DNA from: Macrostomum hystrix
Taxonomy: Eukaryota; Animalia; Platyhelminthes
Reading direction: 5' to 3'
Length of the DNA: 64,000 nucleotides
NCBI GenBank assembly: GCA_950097015.1
Contig: CATNEN010000001.1
Location: 11,160,001 to 11,224,000 of the forward strand
Shown: piece after piece, positions 26,201 to 38,200 of the stretch
Layout of the letters: the number at the start of each line of letters is the position of its first letter
Position numbering within the stretch: the stretch's first letter is position 1
Program-made: the position numbers and the translations under genes
The notes under the pieces: generated by a model
The model's database searches: none
The model's input: the letters and a program-made list of their open reading frames with translations, nothing else
What the model was told of the DNA's origin: nothing

Positions 26201-29200
26201 CAATGGTGATAGGACTGGTGTTGAAAGAGCTTTCTTCTGGCAGTGCGACCTCTGCGGGCAGTGACATGTCGTCTCTTGGCGGCGGTGGAGACGCGTTAAC
26301 GATGCCAGAGAAAAAGGCTTTTAGTTCGTTTCGCCTCTCTTCGGGCGTGTCACCAGACAGGTTCAGCGTACTGCGCCGTTTACGGCCTGTCAATTGGTTT
26401 ACAACAGACCAAACAGCACGGGGCTTCTTGTCGGGGCCGGCGTCAGTAATTTCTTGAATTGCGGCCTCAACAGCGGCGCGTTGCCGGGCCTTAAAAACCT
26501 CTGCTAAGGCTTTCTCAGCTTCCTCCGCAGGCTGTCCGCTCCTCCGCAGTCTTTCCACAGTTTGCCGGGCCTGTCGCAGCGCCTCGTCGTTTTGCCATAC
26601 AGGCTGACCGCTTGCTACTGGTTTCACCAGAGGCAGCGTTTTAGTAGCGGCAGCCTGGACAGCGCTGCTGACGTCCGAGTATTTGGCAGGTGCTGCTGGT
26701 TCCGGTCGTTTGTCTAGCGCGTCGGCAAAGGCCAGGCAGAAACGGCCTCTTGTGCTTGGGTCGCGCAAGGCGCGGAAAAAGCGCTTTGGCTGCCGCTTCG
26801 GTGGTCGGTATAGTGGGTGCCTAAGGCGCAGTTCACAGTAAAGCAGTCTATGGTCAGACCGAATTGCCAAAGGTGCCACCGTGTCGCAGTTGACTGCACG
26901 GCGCCGTTCCCGCCAGCGGATTAGAATGTGGTCCAGCTGTGCGAGTCTTTTTGTGGCAAACTTTCCACTGGCGTTCCGGGTCGGGCGCTTGCATCCAGTG
27001 AACGTTGCCAGTCTCACAGCTGGTTTCCTAAAGAGAGTGTTCGCTGAGACCAGATCGTGCCGGTCCACGAAATCCATTAGTGCATCGGTGTTGTTGTTTT
27101 CGCGCGGGGTGACAAAGAGAGCTCGTTCAGATTTTCGCATAACAGCGTTGAGGTCTCCAAGCACCAGCACTGAGTCACGCTGAGCAACCGCCTCCAGTTG
27201 CGCCGAGAGGAACTCCAGAAATTGACGGTGCTCCGTCGGGTGCGCAGCTGTGGGTGCATAGGCACAGAATAAGTGAATATTACGGGTGCGGAGACGAAGG
27301 TCGACTCGTAGTAGTCTTGGCGATAAGCTTTCGCATCGAAAACATTTCTGTAGCCGTGGGCTGGTGAGGACACCAACTCCTCCTCGGCCTTTTGCGTCTG
27401 CTGAAGTGAACTGAAGGAGCCAGCCGCCACCGAGGTGCTCCTGATGGAGCCCAGGATCGGTTTTAATAGATAGCTCCTGCAGCATTACAATGTCTAGTTG
27501 CAGATCGGTAGCTAATTTTGCCAGTAGATGTTGCCTCCAACCTGCTCGCAGAGTCCGGCAGTTCCAAGTCGCGACTCTTAGTTGTTGTTTCTGTTTATGC
27601 GGCGTGCAATTTGGTTCAGCTTGGATCCGTTGGTTGTGGACCTCTAGGTCCCCGGCGCCACCCGGAGGAACCGTACCACTGCGCATAGAGGTTCTGCCAG
27701 CAGTGCGACGCTCGCGGGCACGGTGTCGGCCACGGCAGTTTCGCTCGCGGCGTCGTTCAATACGCCGACGCACACTGCGTTGTCCTCGTCTGCAGGGTGG
27801 TGTGCCGCTATAGAAGAAATGCCAACTGTACCAGATACTTGCATTGGTTGTCAATCATTTTTGACCTAGGCTTATCTTATGTAGTTACTTTGACACCTAT
27901 ATCTATTCCATTTAAGAAACTTGAAAAAAACCCTAAAATTTTAAGCAGAATAATGGGAATTGTAGTATGAACTACACTTTATAATTAAATGGGTAATCTA
28001 GTCTAAGTTATATTGTATTGAAAGCTTTTTGTCAAGAACAATTGCAACTAAAAAAACAAAAAATCCACCTGAAATTTACACAAAATATGGGATAATAAAC
28101 ACTATTGCAGATTTAGTAAAAAATTGTAACCAGGATATTATGTAATATTGTAATCTCCCTAAAACAGATTCTAAGCTTATAATAGCTTTTTAAAAATTTG
28201 GAAATTTTATAAAAGCTGAAAGCATGTGACTATAGAACTTCTAAAACAACTCAAAAAAAGCAACCCTTTATTAGTCCACCTTTATTCTCACAGACATATT
28301 CAATGTGTCATATTCAAGCCTCTACTCTATTGTTAGTAGTTATTAATGTGCTTCAACCTTCTATTGAAATTGCGCAGTGTCAGTGCAGTGCATTCGTTCA
28401 TCATTCGACTTGTCGTCCATCGATCTCGATCGAGTTCCGGATCTAATCGAGACCTTCTCAGCCGGCTGTCAATCATTGAACTGCTCCGACGCCGCTATAA
28501 AACGCGAAATCACTGCAGAGGACAAGATTCAAGCTGAGAAACTCAAAGCCGACGGCAATAAATTCATTAGCGAGAACAAATTCTTAGAAGCTGTCAACGC
28601 CTACACCCAGGCCATAGACAAAGATCCTTACAATGCGGTTTATTACGGCAATCGAGCCGCAGCTTACTCTAAGCTGAACGATCACGCCGCTGCTATACGG
28701 GACTGCGAACGGGCTCTACAGAATGACCCCGCCTATTCGAAAGCCTACGGCCGTATGGGCTTCGCCTACGCTGCCCAGAAGAATCATGCTAAAGCTGTGG
28801 AGTGCTACGAGAAGGCTCTTAGCCTGGAGCCCGATAATGCGTCCTATAGGCAAAACCTGGATACAGCTAGGGCCTCGCTGCCTGCTGAAGTATGTTCCTC
28901 TTGTACCTGACCCCGCACCTTCAAAGTGGCCATTCTCCCCATCGACCGAGTCGCCATTCTTCCCCCCACTGAATAGCCATTCTCCCCCTCTGCCAAGCCA
29001 CCATTCTCCACCCTAAAAAGTCGCCATTCTCCACCCAAAAAAGTCGCCATTCTCCACCCTAAGAGTCGCCATTCTCCACCCTAAGAGTCGCCATTCTCCA
29101 CCCTAAGAGTCGCCATTCTCCACCCTAAGAGTCGCCATTCTCCACCCTAAGAGTCACCATTCTCCACCCTAAGAGTCGCCATTCTCCACCCTAAGAGTCG

Positions 29201-30065
29201 CCATTCTCCACCCTAAGAGTCGCCATTCTCCACTCTAAGAGTCGCCATTCTCCATACTAAGAGTCGCCATTCTCCACCCTAAGAGTCGCCATTCTCCACC
29301 CTAAGAGTCGCCATTCTCCACCCTAAGAGTCGCCATTCTCCATACTAAGAGTCGCCATTCTCCACCCTAAGAGTCGCCATTCTCCACCCTAAAAAGTCGC
29401 CATTCTCCACCCTAAAAAGTCGCCATTCGCCACCCTAAAAAGTCGCCATTCTCCACCCTAAAAAGTCGCCATTCGCCACCCTAAAAAGTCGCCATTCTTC
29501 ACTTAACGGGGTTGCCATTTCCACCCTCTAAAGTCGGCATTCTCCAGCTTAAGGAGTCGGCATTCTCCCCTCGCTGTATTTCCATTTGCTGATAATATTC
29601 CAGCCAAGCGCCGGATTCCCAGGCTTTCCCGGCGTTGGCGGTCGCGGCGGCGGCGCCGGCGGCCTAGACTTCATGTCGCTATTGAACAATCCCCAGATGA
29701 TGCAGATGGCCTCGCAGATGATGCAGTCGCCGCATGTGCAACAGATGGTTGCCAACATGATGGGCGGCTTCGGTGGCGGCGCCGGCGCCGGCGGACCAAA
29801 TATTGGTGCAGTCGGCGAATCTTCGATCGAGTCGGCTTCGACTGGTGGATCATCGAATCAGCAGCCGCAGCCGTCTGAGTCGGCAGCTCCGCCGCCGGCG
29901 CCAAACATGGAGGATCTGCTTCGCTTGGGCCAGCAATTCGCCAGCCAGATGCAGGCAGCCAATCCCGACCTTGTGGCTTCGCTGCGTCAGGAATTTCAGC
30001 AGGGCGGCGCTGGCGGAGGCAGCGGTAGCGACGATCATCAGAATCCGCCGCCTGAAAACCAATGA
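23238..30065 (+). CDS. SGTA: Small glutamine-rich TPR co-chaperone SGT, 3 exons
   Basis: Exons 23238-23352 (MNSDKKKTLVASIVAFL...EGLE, dimerisation domain), 28378-28889 (VSVQCI..., three TPRs AEKLKADGN..YYGNRAAAYSKL..YSKAYGRMG) and 29604-30065 (M/Q-rich NNPQMMQMASQMM..NPDLVASLR). GT-AG and frame-consistent. Confidence 0.93.
24640..27806 (-). mobile_element. RTE-clade non-LTR retrotransposon in SGT intron 1
   Basis: 9-bp TSD GCTATAGAA (24631-24639 and 27807-27815); (TTG)n 3' tail; single EN+RT ORF. Confidence 0.9.
24696..27686 (-). CDS. LINE APE-endonuclease/reverse transcriptase ORF (~996 aa from the first ATG inside the element)
   Basis: EN motifs VATWNCRTL, LQE, GDLNA, LDHI, SDH; RT motifs QNGFR, FVDFLKAFDSV, GVLQGDTLAP, YADD, YLG; no internal stops. 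Confidence 0.9.
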   Translation of the reverse strand: MRSGTVPPGGAGDLEVHNQRIQAEPNCTPHKQKQQLRVATWNCRTLRAGWRQHLLAKLATDLQLDIVMLQELSIKTDPGLHQEHLGGGWLLQFTSADAKGRGGVGVLTSPRLQKCFRCESLSPRLLRVDLRLRTRNIHLFCAYAPTAAHPTEHRQFLEFLSAQLEAVAQRDSVLVLGDLNAVMRKSERALFVTPRENNNTDALMDFVDRHDLVSANTLFRKPAVRLATFTGCKRPTRNASGKFATKRLAQLDHILIRWRERRRAVNCDTVAPLAIRSDHRLLYCELRLRHPLYRPPKRQPKRFFRALRDPSTRGRFCLAFADALDKRPEPAAPAKYSDVSSAVQAAATKTLPLVKPVASGQPVWQNDEALRQARQTVERLRRSGQPAEEAEKALAEVFKARQRAAVEAAIQEITDAGPDKKPRAVWSVVNQLTGRKRRSTLNLSGDTPEERRNELKAFFSGIVNASPPPPRDDMSLPAEVALPEESSFNTSPITIDEVLLLAKKTPGGKATGPDDVPVEVLRLPLVAQEVTQVMNCVLAGGPAPAEWRTAHIVGIPKKPGTVKVEEHRGISLMSCAAKLYNRVLLTRLQPVLDPFLRREQNGFRPGRGTVNQILALRRILEETRIHQSAVICIFVDFLKAFDSVSRRVIPKILRAYHVPEQLVTAVMALYQETRAAVVTPDGLSDFFDTTSGVLQGDTLAPFLFVLVLDWVLRTGLPDDANGFLLCRRTSSRHPERRLSVLAYADDLALLSSSIEGAQHLLDKLTAAAAMVGLSVNTKKTMVLTVPNDLNGEILCHSVNGQAALLPRCETFIYLGGQVPDILDDMARRRALAWAAFRTLRTVLQCPTLPDRLRGRLFQAVIETVFLYNAQTWTLNGTQEKQLDAAHAGLLRAAFGVHYSLTAVTNTSNDELYRRAQLCRPSQLLRIRRLQLAGHVIRAEQRCPEPLQDVLLLSLQGPWRRGQARALRYPELLLTDAEISDPRGLTILRHSALARAF
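28925..29570. repeat. 22-bp minisatellite (AAGAGTCGCCATTCTCCACCCT)n in SGT intron 2
   Basis: Direct periodicity. Confidence 0.93.
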
Positions 30066-30384
30066 ACCAATCATATTTGTCTGCTTCGTTAAATAGGGGG
30101 AAATAATAACAATGATAAGCTGGAGAATTCTGTTTTTTATGTTCAGTTAGTTATTCAATCTTATTTATTCTTGGTAATGTCAACTGATGCCGGTGTTAAA
30201 CTTCTTGTGTCCTTTTGTTCGGTTATTTTTTTATTACTTTACACTTGGTTACAAATCAACAGACAGTTTTAGATAGGTTTGGAGCAACAATTTTACTCTC
30301 CGTCACTGCTTGGTTGGCTTACTATTTTTAGATCCTCGTGATGGGAGTACGATATGATAGTAGTTATTATTGTGGGTAATCGTT

Positions 30385-30730
30385 CACGATTCTGGATAAT
30401 CTTAGACGATTCTGGATAATCTTAGACAATTCTGGAGAATCTTAGACAATTCTGGATAATCTTAGACAATTCTGGATAATCTTAGACAATTCTGGATAAT
30501 CTTAGACAATTCTGGATAATCTTTGACAATTCTGGATAACATTAGACACTGCCGGATAATCTTAGACAATGCCGGATAATCTTAGACAATTCTGGATAAT
30601 CTTAGACAATTCTGGATAATCTTAGACAATTCTGGATAATCTTAGACAATGCTGGATAATCTTAGACAATTCTGGAGAATCTTAGACAATTCTGGATAAT
30701 CTTAGACAATTCTGGATAATCTTAGACAGT
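30385..30730. repeat. 20-bp minisatellite (CTTAGACAATTCTGGATAAT)n
   Basis: ~17 copies. Confidence 0.94.
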
Positions 30731-31084
30731 TATCTATCTTGTGTCGCAGAAGTTTACAAAGCGTCTTTATGTTAAAATATAAGATGTTAAAACTCAAAGT
30801 TCCTTTTCGTGTTTGCAGCTGTTGTGCTAACACTCTGATTATATTAAAAAACGACAAGTTGTAATCATTAAATCCATGGCTAGTTAGCTCTTTGCCAGTA
30901 ATTAAAAAAATACATCATTTTTCGGAACAAGGGTTTATATATCAACAACTGCTTGCCTGCTATGCTGCTACTACTAATATGTAATGGTCATTGTTATTAT
31001 TTTGTATAAGCTGTTTAGTTTGTAAACTATAGTTGTGTCGCTAAAGATAGATTTTGAACGAATTTATATTTTATACAATATCGA

Positions 31085-31570
31085 ATAAACTAAACTGGAT
31101 TTGGTTTATGGAAAAACAAATAGCTTTGTATTTTGTTTATGGTTGAATAAACAGCTTTAGACTGCGCTTATTTAAGGCATAATGAACAGCTTCAGATTGG
31201 GTTTATTGTTGAATAAACTGCTTCAGATTGGGTTTATGGTAGAGCAAACAGCTTCAGATTGGGTTTATGGTAGAATTAACAGCTTCAGATTGGGTTTATG
31301 GTAGAACAAACTGCTTCAGATTGGGTTTATGGTAGAACAAACAGCTTCAGATTGGGTTTATGGTAGAATTAACAGCTTCAGATTGGGTTTATGGTAGAAC
31401 AAACTGCTTCAGATTGGGTTTATGGTAGAACAAACAGCTTCAGATTGGGTTTATGGTAGAGCAAACAGCTTCAGATTGGGTTTATGGTAGAGCAAACAGC
31501 TTCCGATTGGGTTTATGTTAGAATTAATAGCTTTAGATTGGGTTTATGTTAGAATTAACAGCTTCAATTA
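31085..31570. repeat. 31-bp minisatellite (AAACAGCTTCAGATTGGGTTTATGGTAGAAC)n
   Basis: ~14 copies with a degenerate left edge. Confidence 0.9.
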
Positions 31571-31728
31571 CCTTTAATTGCCAATTAGATTTGAATATTT
31601 TCACTTTGTTTAATTGTTATTTTACCAAATATTTAAACAACTGCATTTTCAGCATCGAAACGCTGTGATAAGGATTTTCATGTAACTGACAAAAACACAC
31701 AATAAGCGAATCTACGAAAACAGGCAGA

Positions 31729-33460
31729 ATGTACACTCTTCTAAGCGGCCTGTACCGCTATTACACACAGAAGGAGAAATACAGCGCACTGATACTTGGA
31801 CTGGATAATGCGGGGAAAACGGTAAGTTATAAACGATTTCCTTCGCGATAATTCCAGTTTAACGATTTTATTGCTATTTTTATATCGAAATAATTTCAGA
31901 CATATTTGGAACAGATTAAAACCCAATTTAAGAAGAATTACACTAGCATTAATCTGAATAAGATTACGACAACAGTTGGATTAAATAGTAAGTGTGTTTT
32001 CTTTCTAAATGTATTTTAAATAGTAAAGAGGTCAGGAAATCTAATCTTCTGTTAGTTAACGTGTTGCGATATTTAAAAAATCTAATATTTCTACTGTCAG
32101 TAGTCTAACGGAAACGTATTGTCAAATTTAATTTTCAGTTGGCGATATAAAAATCGCCGGCGTCCAGTTAAACTTCTGGGATCTCGGCGGTCAAGAGGAG
32201 CTGCAGTCTTTGTGGGACAAGTATTACGCCGAGTCGCACGCCGTGATTTTTGTGATTGACAGCTCCGATAGAGAACGCATGGAGGAGTCTAAACAGGCGC
32301 TTGGTTAGTAGACCTTCTGTATTGAATTTTATCAACTGAGTCGGAAACAATATGTAGTCCAAGGGTACTAGGTAGTGTAGTAGTAGCGCTGCCACCAGGC
32401 CGTCAGCACTTCTGCCTTCGGTGAGGTGAAGGATCCTTGGCCCGAAAGATATGAAGTCACGAAGTCTTGAGAAGCGCACACCGTGCAGAGTTCCAGGCGC
32501 AATTAAAGGCTGTCAGAGTCCTGCGTAGCTCGGGTGGTGGTGGGAGGCTAAGTTAACTTCGGGACTTAGCCAGAACTGAGCTTGCCAGCAGTCACACGCA
32601 GAGACTGAAGCGAGGAACTTGGACTCTGATGGCACTGTATACATAATGGAGACTCCCTTTGAGGACCAGAGGAGCGGAGCTTCTTTTATAGGCAAGGGCC
32701 TCCCATAAGGTCAGTGCAGAGTTAGAAAACACGTGATGGAATCACGTGGTTTCTAAAATTAGCAACTGACGTCAGTGGCGCCAGGAACGTCACTCCTACG
32801 TAGGCTCCTGTCTCATAATCAAAGCCCAAAGTGCAGTAAACATGTTTACGTGCACTTTAAAAGACAAAGAGAGGCCACTCACGTGAGGAGAATCACGTGC
32901 TGACTGAGGGCAGACAAGCACACACAAAGAAAAGGGACGGGAAACAGTGAAGCCAGCGCGGGACAAAGAGGCGATGACTCATCCCTGGCGGGGAGAGACA
33001 TCACACTCAAAGTGCAGACGCGGCCGGGGAAGGGCAGGGCAGAGAGGGACAGACCGGACAGCGCCAGAGAGGGCGGGCTCAATGCCAGCAAACGGGGCAC
33101 CTAAGCTACCTTGCAGGTGTGGGGCTACTGACAGCTAGTGAGACACCAATCGGCCCCTTAAGCAGTGGCTCACTACACTAAAACAAACTTGGCATTGCAG
33201 AGAAGGTCGTCTCCAGCGAATCATTAGCCGGTGTTCCTCTTCTGCTCCTGGCCAATAAGCAGGATCTAGACGGCTGCCTGACTGCCGAAGAAGTCAAAGA
33301 GATCTTTTCAACTGTGTCGCCCAGTGTGGGCCAACGCGATTGCCTATTCCGCGGCGTGTCGGCATTAAAAGGCACCGGAGTCGATCAGGGCATTCATTGG
33401 CTAGTGGAGCGAGTGAAACGATTGGCCGATCGAAGACCGCCAGCCTTTGGCAACGATTGA
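31729..33460 (+). CDS. ARFRP1: ADP-ribosylation factor-related protein 1, 4 exons (missed by the ORF track)
   Basis: Exons 31729-31821 (MYTLLSGLYRYYTQKEKYSALILGLDNAGKT), 31900-31987 (TYLEQIK..KITTTVGLN), 32139-32303 (FWDLGGQEELQSLWDKYY) and 33201-33460 (GVPLLLLANKQD..SALKG). G1/G3/G4/G5 motifs present. Confidence 0.95.
32353..33177 (-). mobile_element. Probable solo LTR or other TE-derived insert in ARFRP1 intron 3
   Basis: GC-rich 825-bp block with TGTAGT...ACTACA termini and TATAAAAG on the minus strand (~32683-32690). No clear TSD. Confidence 0.5.
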
Positions 33461-34354
33461 ATTCATTCATTCATTTCTAGGCTCACTGTGCATTCCGTTC
33501 TGTTTTAATCTAGTTTAAAAAAATGATTTTTTCGATACATATCGTATGGTTTGTTGATTCAATAAAGCAGCACAATGGGGTTGGAAAGAATTCTTATTTT
33601 TTATTTTGATTGTTAAAAATTCAAATTCAATTAGACCAGAATATACAATCAGTGAGTGGCACAGCTGTTGTTCAGTCCATGGACTGGTTGGGCTGTTTGT
33701 ATCTTAAACCAATTTAACAGCCTTTTTTGCTGATGATAAATTTTCTTTGATAACGACAGAAATTTTCCTTTGATTTAAATGTCCGAAGCTCTAATTGCTT
33801 GGCTACAACATCTCAGAGAACTCAGAGATCACAACTTTCTCGTCGCATCCACACTGGCTATTATGCATGCTTATCTCTTTGTGGTTTGTTCATTTCTCTT
33901 TCGATTGTATTTGCATGCACTAGTTGCTTTTTTGCATTGTATTGGTTTGTGTCTTATACTATATTGCTACTATGAGTAGACTGTGTGGGCTAAACGCTGT
34001 ATAAACTTGCTTAATCATGAATTATTTTGACATTTTGTTATAGATTCTCAATGTTAAATATACAGAGATAAAAATGAGTGTAGACTTATACAGGCAATAT
34101 TAAAGCCAGCTGTAAATGTTGATGTGTAATCTAATTTAGGGTTAAATAAGGTTTACATCGCAACTTTACATCGCGATTTCTCTTATTTATATTATTTTAG
34201 AAACATACTTTCTTGTTATTTTATCTAGCAAGCTGCGGCTAACAGAATTACTTATCAGAATCTTCATTTTAATATATTTTTAGACACGACAATAAGCAGC
34301 ACGAAATCCCAATTATCATGTTAGCAGACACCTTAAAACCAAGCCTTAAAACCA

Positions 34355-35208
34355 AGGCACTGTCTAACAGCTAAGCACTGTCTAACAGCTAGGCACTGTC
34401 TAACAGCTAGGCACTGTCTAACAGCTAGGCACTGTCTAACAGCTAGGCAGTGTCTAACAGCTAGTCACTGTCTAACAGCTAAGCACTGTCTAACAGCTAA
34501 GCACTGTCTAACAGCTAGGCACTGTCTAACAGCTAGGCACTGTCTAACAGCTAGGCACTGTCTAACAGCTAGGCACTGTCTAACAGCTAGGCACTGTCTA
34601 ACAGCTAGGCACTGTCTAACAGCTAGGCACTGTCTAACAGCTAGGCACTGTCTAACAGCTAGGCACTGTCTAACAGCTAGTCACTGTCTAACAGCTAGGC
34701 ACTGTCTAACAGCTAGGCACTGTCTAACAGCTAGGCACTGTCTAACAGCTAGGCACTGTCTAACAGCTAGGCACTATCTAACAGCTAGGCACTGTCTAAC
34801 AGCTAGGCACTGTCTAACAGCTAAGCACTGTCTCACAGCTAGTCACTGTCTAACAGCTAGGCACTGTCTAACAGCTAGGCACTGTCTAACAGCTAGTCAC
34901 TGTCTAACAGCTAGGCACTGTCTAACAGCTAAGCACTGTCTAACAGCTAGTCACTGTCTAACAGCTAGGCACTGTCTAACAGCTAGGCACTGTCTAACAG
35001 CTAGGCACTGTCTAACAGCTAGTCACTGTCTAACAGCTAGGCACTGTCTAACAGCTAGGCACTGTCTAACAGCTAAGCACTGTCTAACAGCTAAGCACTG
35101 TCTAACAGCTAGTCACTGTCTAACAGCTAGGCACTGTTTAACAGCTAGGCACTGTCTAACAGCTAGTCACTGTCTAACAGCTAGTCACTGTCTAACAGCT
35201 AGTCACTA
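34355..35208. repeat. 18-bp minisatellite (AGGCACTGTCTAACAGCT)n immediately upstream of the kinase ATG
   Basis: ~47 copies. Confidence 0.96.
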
Positions 35209-35215
35209 TCAGGCC

Positions 35216-38200
35216 ATGCCAAAATTGAATAAATACACACTTCAGCATCCGCAGCACTCGTTGCCGCCTGAAGCTGCATCAGCAGCAGCAGCCGCTGCTG
35301 CTGAAGGTCCTTGGCCTGGACACCTTCTAGGTCGCAGCGGTCTATGGCTATTGTCTATTCAACAGTCCGAAAATTGTTTCCGATTTGATCGACACCAGCC
35401 AGGAGTTGTCGGCGCCAGCGACAGTGTGATTGTTCCCTTTGCCGATGTGTCCGGCGTTGATCTGACCGATGATGGAACGAGACGGAATCGCTATCTGTGC
35501 TTGTGTCGCTATTCAAGACGAATTCGCAGATCTTTTTCTGCCGTTCTTCCTGGCAAGTCGGCGGACACTGCTCAACATCGTCCAGCTTCTCGCCGGCGCA
35601 GTGTTGTGCTGTTTTTGCCCAGCGCACTAGTTTGCGACGGCACGCCAGACGACAGCAATGACGCTCTAGCTGATATTGTTGGCGAGCTGACCTACGATTC
35701 GCTGAACGCTGCTAAGGAGGTAAACGAATTCTAGGCAATTCTTTATACTCGTAACAACCAGACTGCTCCGAATGTACCTTAGTATAATCTAGAGGTTGCC
35801 TAAAATCTAAAATCACAGCTCACAGACAATCTCCTCAGACACAGAAGCTGCAGTTTCATTCTACGAGACTACGAGTAATAAGTGTTTAGTCTACATTTTA
35901 AACAGACTTTATGGATATTCCATGGAAATTCCATAGAAATTCCACGGAAATTCCATAAACTGCCCGCCGAATTTAAAACGTCGTTATAAACTAGGCAGAT
36001 ACAAGTCTTATGGCAGGGGTCTATAGCATGAAATCTGCTAGCTGAAGTTTGATGGCGATGAGAAAGTCAGGGTGGATGTACACACTTGTGTGCGTGTGTT
36101 CTCAGGAGTCAGCAAAATGGTCAGAATTGCCTCCTCGCTGGCTGCGGGTCTAGTGTCACCAAATGATGCGCCATTGCCGCAGCTCTCCTGCAATTATCAT
36201 TGTAATATTATTATATAGAAGTCCTACTATCCTGTACTGTACTCAGACATGTCTTCTTGCTCTACGTCGAAGCCTCTATCGGTCACAACCATACGACGAC
36301 GTCGTCAGTAGCATCGACTACCTGGCAGCTCAAGAGAACTGGTCTAAACCGGTTCTAGCTCTGGCCAATCCGGTCAGCGGCAAGGGTCGCGCGGTGGCGC
36401 TGTTTCGCACCCTGATTGGGCCGATGCTGCGAGAAGCGGACTGGGCCTACCAGCTTGTGGAGACGGAGTATGCCGGCCACGCCAGGTGCTTATTGTCAGA
36501 ATTTAGTTGCCATGTGGGGACAGCAGTTGCGGTAACTCCAAAGCCTCCAGAATAACTGGAGCGTTTAGATTCACGGTCTACTAGGCATCAGCTGATTTAA
36601 AACTAGCAAAAACTGAATTCAGATTAACTTTAGATAATCTGACTTTTCACAGAAAATATCCTAGTATTTTTCTGGAAATCCCCTAAAACTCCCTTGAAAA
36701 TATCCTGAAATTCCCCATAAGAACATCCTTTTTTTCTCAGACAGTATCCTGAAATTCCTCTGAAGTTATCGGGAATTCCTCTGAAGATATCCTGAAACTA
36801 CTCTGAAGGTATCCTGAAATTCCTCTGAAGTTATCGGGGAAATCCTCTGAAGGTATCCTGAAACTACCCTGAAGGTATCCTGAAATTCCTCTGAAGGTAA
36901 CCTGAAACTACTCTGAAGGTATCCTGAAATTCCTCTGAAGTTATCGGGGAAATCCTCTGAAGGTATCCTGAAACTACCCTGAAGGTATCCTGAAATTCCT
37001 CTGAAGGTAACCTGAAACTACTCTGAAGGTATCCTGAAATTCCTCTGAAGGTAACCTGAAACTACTCTGAAGGTATCCTGAAATTCCTCTGAAGGTATCC
37101 TGAAATTCCTCTGAAGGTATCCTGAAATCCTCTGAAGGTATCCTGAAATCCTCTGAAGGTATCCTGAAATTCCTGTGAAGGTATCCTGAAATTCCACTGA
37201 AGGTATCCTGAAATTCCACTGAAGGTATCCTGAAATTCCACTGAAGGTATCCTGAAATTCCTGTGAAGGTATCCTGAAATGCCTCTGAAAGTTTCCTGAA
37301 ATGCCTCTGAAAGTTTCCTGAAATTCCTCTGAAGGTATCCTGAAATTCCTCTTAAGGTATCCTGAAATTCTTTAGAAAGTATCCTGAAATTCTTTAGAAA
37401 GTATCCTGAAATCCTCTGAAGGTATCCTGAAATCCTCTGAAGGTATCCTGAAATTCCTCTGAAGGTATCCTGAAATTCTTTAGAAAGTATCCTGAAATTC
37501 CTCTGAAGGTATCCTGAAATGCCTCTGAAGGTATCCTGAAATTCCTGTGAAGGTATCCTGAAATTTCACTGAAGGTATCCTGAAATTCCAATGAAGGTAT
37601 CCTGAAATTCCACTGAAGGTATCCTGAAATTCCTGTGAAGGTATCCTGAAATGCCTCTGAAAGTTTCCTGAAATGCCTCTGAAAGTTTCCTGAAATGCCT
37701 CTGAAAGTTTCCTGAAAGCCTCATAAAAGTAATTAAAAAATGTGACCTGCATATCTTCCTACAATAGACTGAAAATCTTATAATAAGTCCCATAAACCAA
37801 AAAATCGCAGACATATATACCAGAATCAATTCCCTAAATAACCGGAGGGTTATTCTGAAAATATTATCATCGCATGTGTACCAAATTTGATGATGAGGTT
37901 TAATCTGCTCCCATTCTGCAGATCCCTAGTCAGGGACAACAACAGTCTGGTCGCCTATCGGTTTATTCTAGCGGTCGGCGGTGACGGGATAATCCACGAA
38001 ATTCTCAACGGCTTAGTTGATCGGTTCTACTACTGTAGAGACGACAGCTTAGGCGAGGGCGACAGTTTGGCTACACTGATGCGCCGATTACCTTTAGCCT
38101 GCGTTCCTGCCGGCAGCGGCAACGGACTGGCCGCTTCGCTGGCCTTTGCCAATGGCGACAGGTGACAGACTGGGGTGATGGGAGGGACTTGGGTGATGGG

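Noticed and set aside
24767-27844. Numerous antisense and alternate-frame ORFs over the LINE (likewise over the Gypsy and GC-rich exons)
   Set aside because: Shadow ORFs expected from GC-rich coding sequence.
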